Source: Glaucostegus cemiculus
Taxonomy: Eukaryota
DNA length: 64,000 nucleotides
Direction: 5' to 3'
Assembly (NCBI GenBank): GCA_976551045.1
Contig: CDPCPM010000077.1
Span: forward strand, 1,364,001 to 1,428,000
Shown in pieces: positions 63,548 through 64,000 of the stretch. Both the position numbers and the translations under genes were made by a program. Each line of letters opens with the position of its first letter. The first letter of the stretch is position 1. The notes under the pieces are model-generated. The model did not search any database. It was not told the DNA's origin and worked only from the letters and a program-made list of their open reading frames with translations.

Positions 63548-63778
63548 CGACTCACGATATCAGGCTCTGAAACGCCGTCGGCTGTCGCGGGGAAATGCGC
63601 GAGTTCCCGCGATAGTGCCGGAAGACGGGACTTCCGCCGGGAGTATGACATCGCTTCCGCCGGCCATGTTTTTTGTAGTTCGGAATATGCGCGGCTTTTG
63701 GTAAGTTATTAAAAACGTGCTCGATCGAGTCTCCGTGTCCTCGTGTTTTTTCTAAGTCGCACCCTGCTGGCTGCTACA
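63543..63778 (+). repeat. 3' LTR (236 bp, complete)
   Basis: TGTAGC...GCTACA terminal inverted repeats and an internal ATTAAA. Confidence 0.93.
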
Positions 63779-64000
63779 CAGCATAGGTTTAAGATGCAAG
63801 GGGAAAGATTTAATGGGAACTTGAGGAGCAACTTTTTTTTTTAGAGGGTGGTCCATATATAGAATGACCTTCCAGAGGAAGTGGTTGACGCAGATGCAAT
63901 AACAACTTTTAAAAGACAGTTGGATAGGTACGTGGATAGGGAAGGTTTAGAAGTACATAGGCCAAATGCAGGCAAATGGGTCTAGCTTGGATGAACTTCT
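63779..64000 (+). mobile_element. CR1 3' fragment, the apparent insertion target of the Gypsy element
   Basis: gcataggtttaag...gaaagatttaa..ggaacttgagg.gcaactttttt..agagggtggt, colinear with 44205-44400. Confidence 0.85.

Larger units (their letters stand above)
59583..63778 (+). mobile_element. Ty3/Gypsy LTR retrotransposon, CsRN1/Kabuki-like, near full length
   Basis: LTR-PBS-gag-pol(PR-RT-RH-IN)-PPT-LTR order, short LTRs, tRNA-Trp PBS, CHCC-type Gag knuckle, overlapping gag/pol. Confidence 0.95.

Noticed and set aside
60143-63704. Alternative-frame and antisense ORFs inside the Gypsy element (e.g. 61719-62516), or an env gene
   Set aside because: Expected shadow ORFs of GC-rich coding DNA with no motifs. 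Pol runs into the 3' LTR, leaving no room for env.

Overview
Eukaryotic, repeat-rich vertebrate DNA. The repeat set (CR1 LINEs, Rex1/Babar LINEs, V-SINEs, DeuSINE-like copies, Penelope-like elements) points to a cartilaginous fish (inference). The only host gene I can support is the 3' end of DHX58/LGP2, a RIG-I-like RNA sensor: four + strand coding exons at 309-470, 2511-2701, 6112-6205 and 6831-7007, with a polyA signal at about 7409. I found no further host coding exon from 7.4 to 64 kb. The most notable features are: (1) a near-complete 4.2-kb CsRN1/Kabuki-type Gypsy element (59583-63778) with a tRNA-Trp PBS, open gag and pol, a -1 frameshift cassette, and a truncated, mosaic 5' LTR; (2) about 10 Penelope pseudo-LTR copies carrying minimal type I hammerhead-ribozyme motifs, several as inverted pairs; (3) a 48-bp tandem array of DR1 nuclear-receptor motifs inside a 2.7-kb segment bounded by a 62-bp inverted repeat; (4) a 76-bp direct duplication 2.9 kb apart. 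Nothing here proves a wholly new biological system. Coordinates of decayed repeats are approximate, and all alignments were done by eye.
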